NCBI GenBank assembly: GCA_018896215.1
Contig: JAHINB010000017.1
Span: 1-63,394 of the forward strand
DNA: 63,394 nt
Direction of reading: 5' to 3'
Source of the DNA: Patescibacteria group bacterium
GTDB lineage: Bacteria; Patescibacteriota; WWE3; 0-14-0-20-40-13
The notes beneath the pieces were generated by a model, which worked only from the letters and a program-made list of their open reading frames with translations, had not been told where the DNA came from and searched no databases. Position 1 is the first letter of the stretch. Each line of letters opens with the position of its first letter. Both the position numbers and the translations under genes were made by a program. This document shows positions 62,320 to 63,394 of the stretch, piece after piece.

Positions 62320-63394
62320 AGCTTGATAGTAAACCCGTCTTTGGTAATACCCTCTACCCAAACCGTGGTTTCGTAGGAAGGCGTAACAGTAATGGTGGTT
62401 GGTGGTGTATCCCAAGTTTTGCTAATAACAACTTCGGTGATTTCGGCAGAAACATTGACTACATCTCTAAAGCTCTCGTTCCCCGCAATGACCCCTTCGG
62501 CGATTTCCAGATTTCCGGTTTTGCTAATTTTGACAGAGTTTTGCAACACCAAGTCTCCCGAGAGAGTGTTGATGGATACCCCCTCTTCTGCCAAACCGTT
62601 GATGGTTAATAGTCCAATTGATAGGTCGCCAGTGAGTGACAAATCTCCCAAAGTGGTCTTACCAAGAACTGACAAATCTTTGTAGAGGACAAGGTTTTGA
62701 TCTAGCGATACAAAGTCGGTCTCAACTGTAAACAGCGAAAGATCCGACGGGGTTTCAGGTGGCGAGACGGATTCTGGATTAGTTGCTCCGATTCCCAAAT
62801 AACTTTCCATGGCAAGGATTCTATTTGTGAGAGCATCAACAGTAGTAGCTATATCACGACTCTGGGAGGCTAAAATCTCACTAGTTTCGGAAATATCGAG
62901 GGGTTGTTGCGCATCCGTGAGGTTTTTGACAGCATCTCCCAACTCGTTTATTTTAAGATTCTGTTCTTTGATTCCCTCCACCAATAATGCGGTTAATTTC
63001 TCATAATGGATTCCGTAAAACTCCTCCCCTGCCTCATTTGTAAAGGTATAAGTGGCTTCGGGAAGTCCTACGGCGATTAAGTCTTGCGCAATAAGGCCTA
63101 AGCGCTTTTTACTGCCATCAGAGTCTTCTACGGGGTTGTAGAGGTAGCCGCTAAGGCTTGTGATTTTGGCTAGCGCGCCTGTAAGGGGTTCTAGGTTCTT
63201 TTTAAGGCGCAGATCGGAGCTGGTAAGCCCAATATCGCCACTAGCGCTCTTGTAAACTACAGTATCTCCGTCGGCAGTCCAAGTGTCTATTCTGATTCTT
63301 CCGGCAACTTGGAGTTTTTGAAGGGGGTTTGTCGTCCCGATGCCGACGTTGCCCGATTTATCAATTCTGACTTGTTCCGTATTTGCTGTTCTAA
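62268..63394 (-). CDS. tail-fibre-domain protein with peptidase S74 intramolecular-chaperone domain; 5' end outside the window
   Basis: I checked the frame codon by codon and it stays open from 62984 to the window end. It reads ..GNVGIGTTNP..SSDLRLKKNLEPLTGALAKITSLSGYLYN..KRLGLIAQDLIAVGLPEA..IHYEKLTALLVEGIKEQ, the S74 chaperone consensus. Confidence 0.7.
   Translation of the reverse strand, partial: RTANTEQVRIDKSGNVGIGTTNPLQKLQVAGRIRIDTWTADGDTVVYKSASGDIGLTSSDLRLKKNLEPLTGALAKITSLSGYLYNPVEDSDGSKKRLGLIAQDLIAVGLPEATYTFTNEAGEEFYGIHYEKLTALLVEGIKEQNLKINELGDAVKNLTDAQQPLDISETSEILASQSRDIATTVDALTNRILAMESYLGIGATNPESVSPPETPSDLSLFTVETDFVSLDQNLVLYKDLSVLGKTTLGDLSLTGDLSIGLLTINGLAEEGVSINTLSGDLVLQNSVKISKTGNLEIAEGVIAGNESFRDVVNVSAEITEVVISKTWDTPPTTITVTPSYETTVWVEGITKDGFTIKLGTAPTAEQKLYWIAVW

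Noticed and set aside
62268-63394. Prophage call from the tail-fibre/S74 domain gene
   Set aside because: No other phage structural, lysis or integration genes occur in the adjacent 6 kb. The domain also occurs in cellular surface proteins. This cannot be excluded beyond the window edge.

Overview
AT-rich, densely packed bacterial chromosome segment using the standard genetic code, with many short or overlapping genes. The gene content resembles a small-genome Patescibacteria/CPR-type organism; this is inference from gene content only. Ordinary content: a type IV pilus module (two pilins, pilC, pilT, pilB), holB-gyrB-[H+-pyrophosphatase]-gyrA, truB, a XerC/D-like recombinase, ruvC-yebC, a VirD4/TraD-like ATPase, a CPA2 antiporter, rluA-like, nrnA-like, M16 peptidase, efp, dnaB, a RelA/SpoT homologue, hisS, VapBC, an EamA transporter, rpmE, lexA, prfA, ctp, rpsF-ssb-rpsR, ychF, cysS, recR-dnaX, rpsU, pth-ybeY-proS, and three tRNAs (Arg-CCU, Leu-CAA, Thr-GGU). 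Three things are not ordinary. (1) At least seven families of short palindromic or MITE-like repeats, about 40 copies in total. One family brackets a RAYT (IS200-like Y1 transposase), the REP/RAYT architecture. At least 15 copies lie in frame inside housekeeping genes (proS, dnaX, pth, ychF, prfA, cysS, nrnA-like and others), behaviour like Rickettsia palindromic elements. (2) Six sharply bounded GC- and GC3-rich cassettes are embedded in the AT-rich backbone. Each has a canonical AAGGAG ribosome-binding site, and the four largest encode signal-peptide ORFans behind sigma70-like promoters. One is split by a frameshift at a G5/C6 tract. Three cluster with VapBC around tRNA-Thr. (3) A co-directional accessory array lies at 57.3-63.4 kb: a tail-fibre/S74-chaperone-domain protein, a DUF4143 AAA+ ATPase bracketed by a perfect 52-bp direct repeat, AbiEi/AbiEii, a Zn-ribbon + PD-(D/E)XK nuclease, and two four-helix-bundle proteins. 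I treat this array as the best candidate for an undescribed defence-type module. No rRNA, CRISPR array or cas gene was seen.
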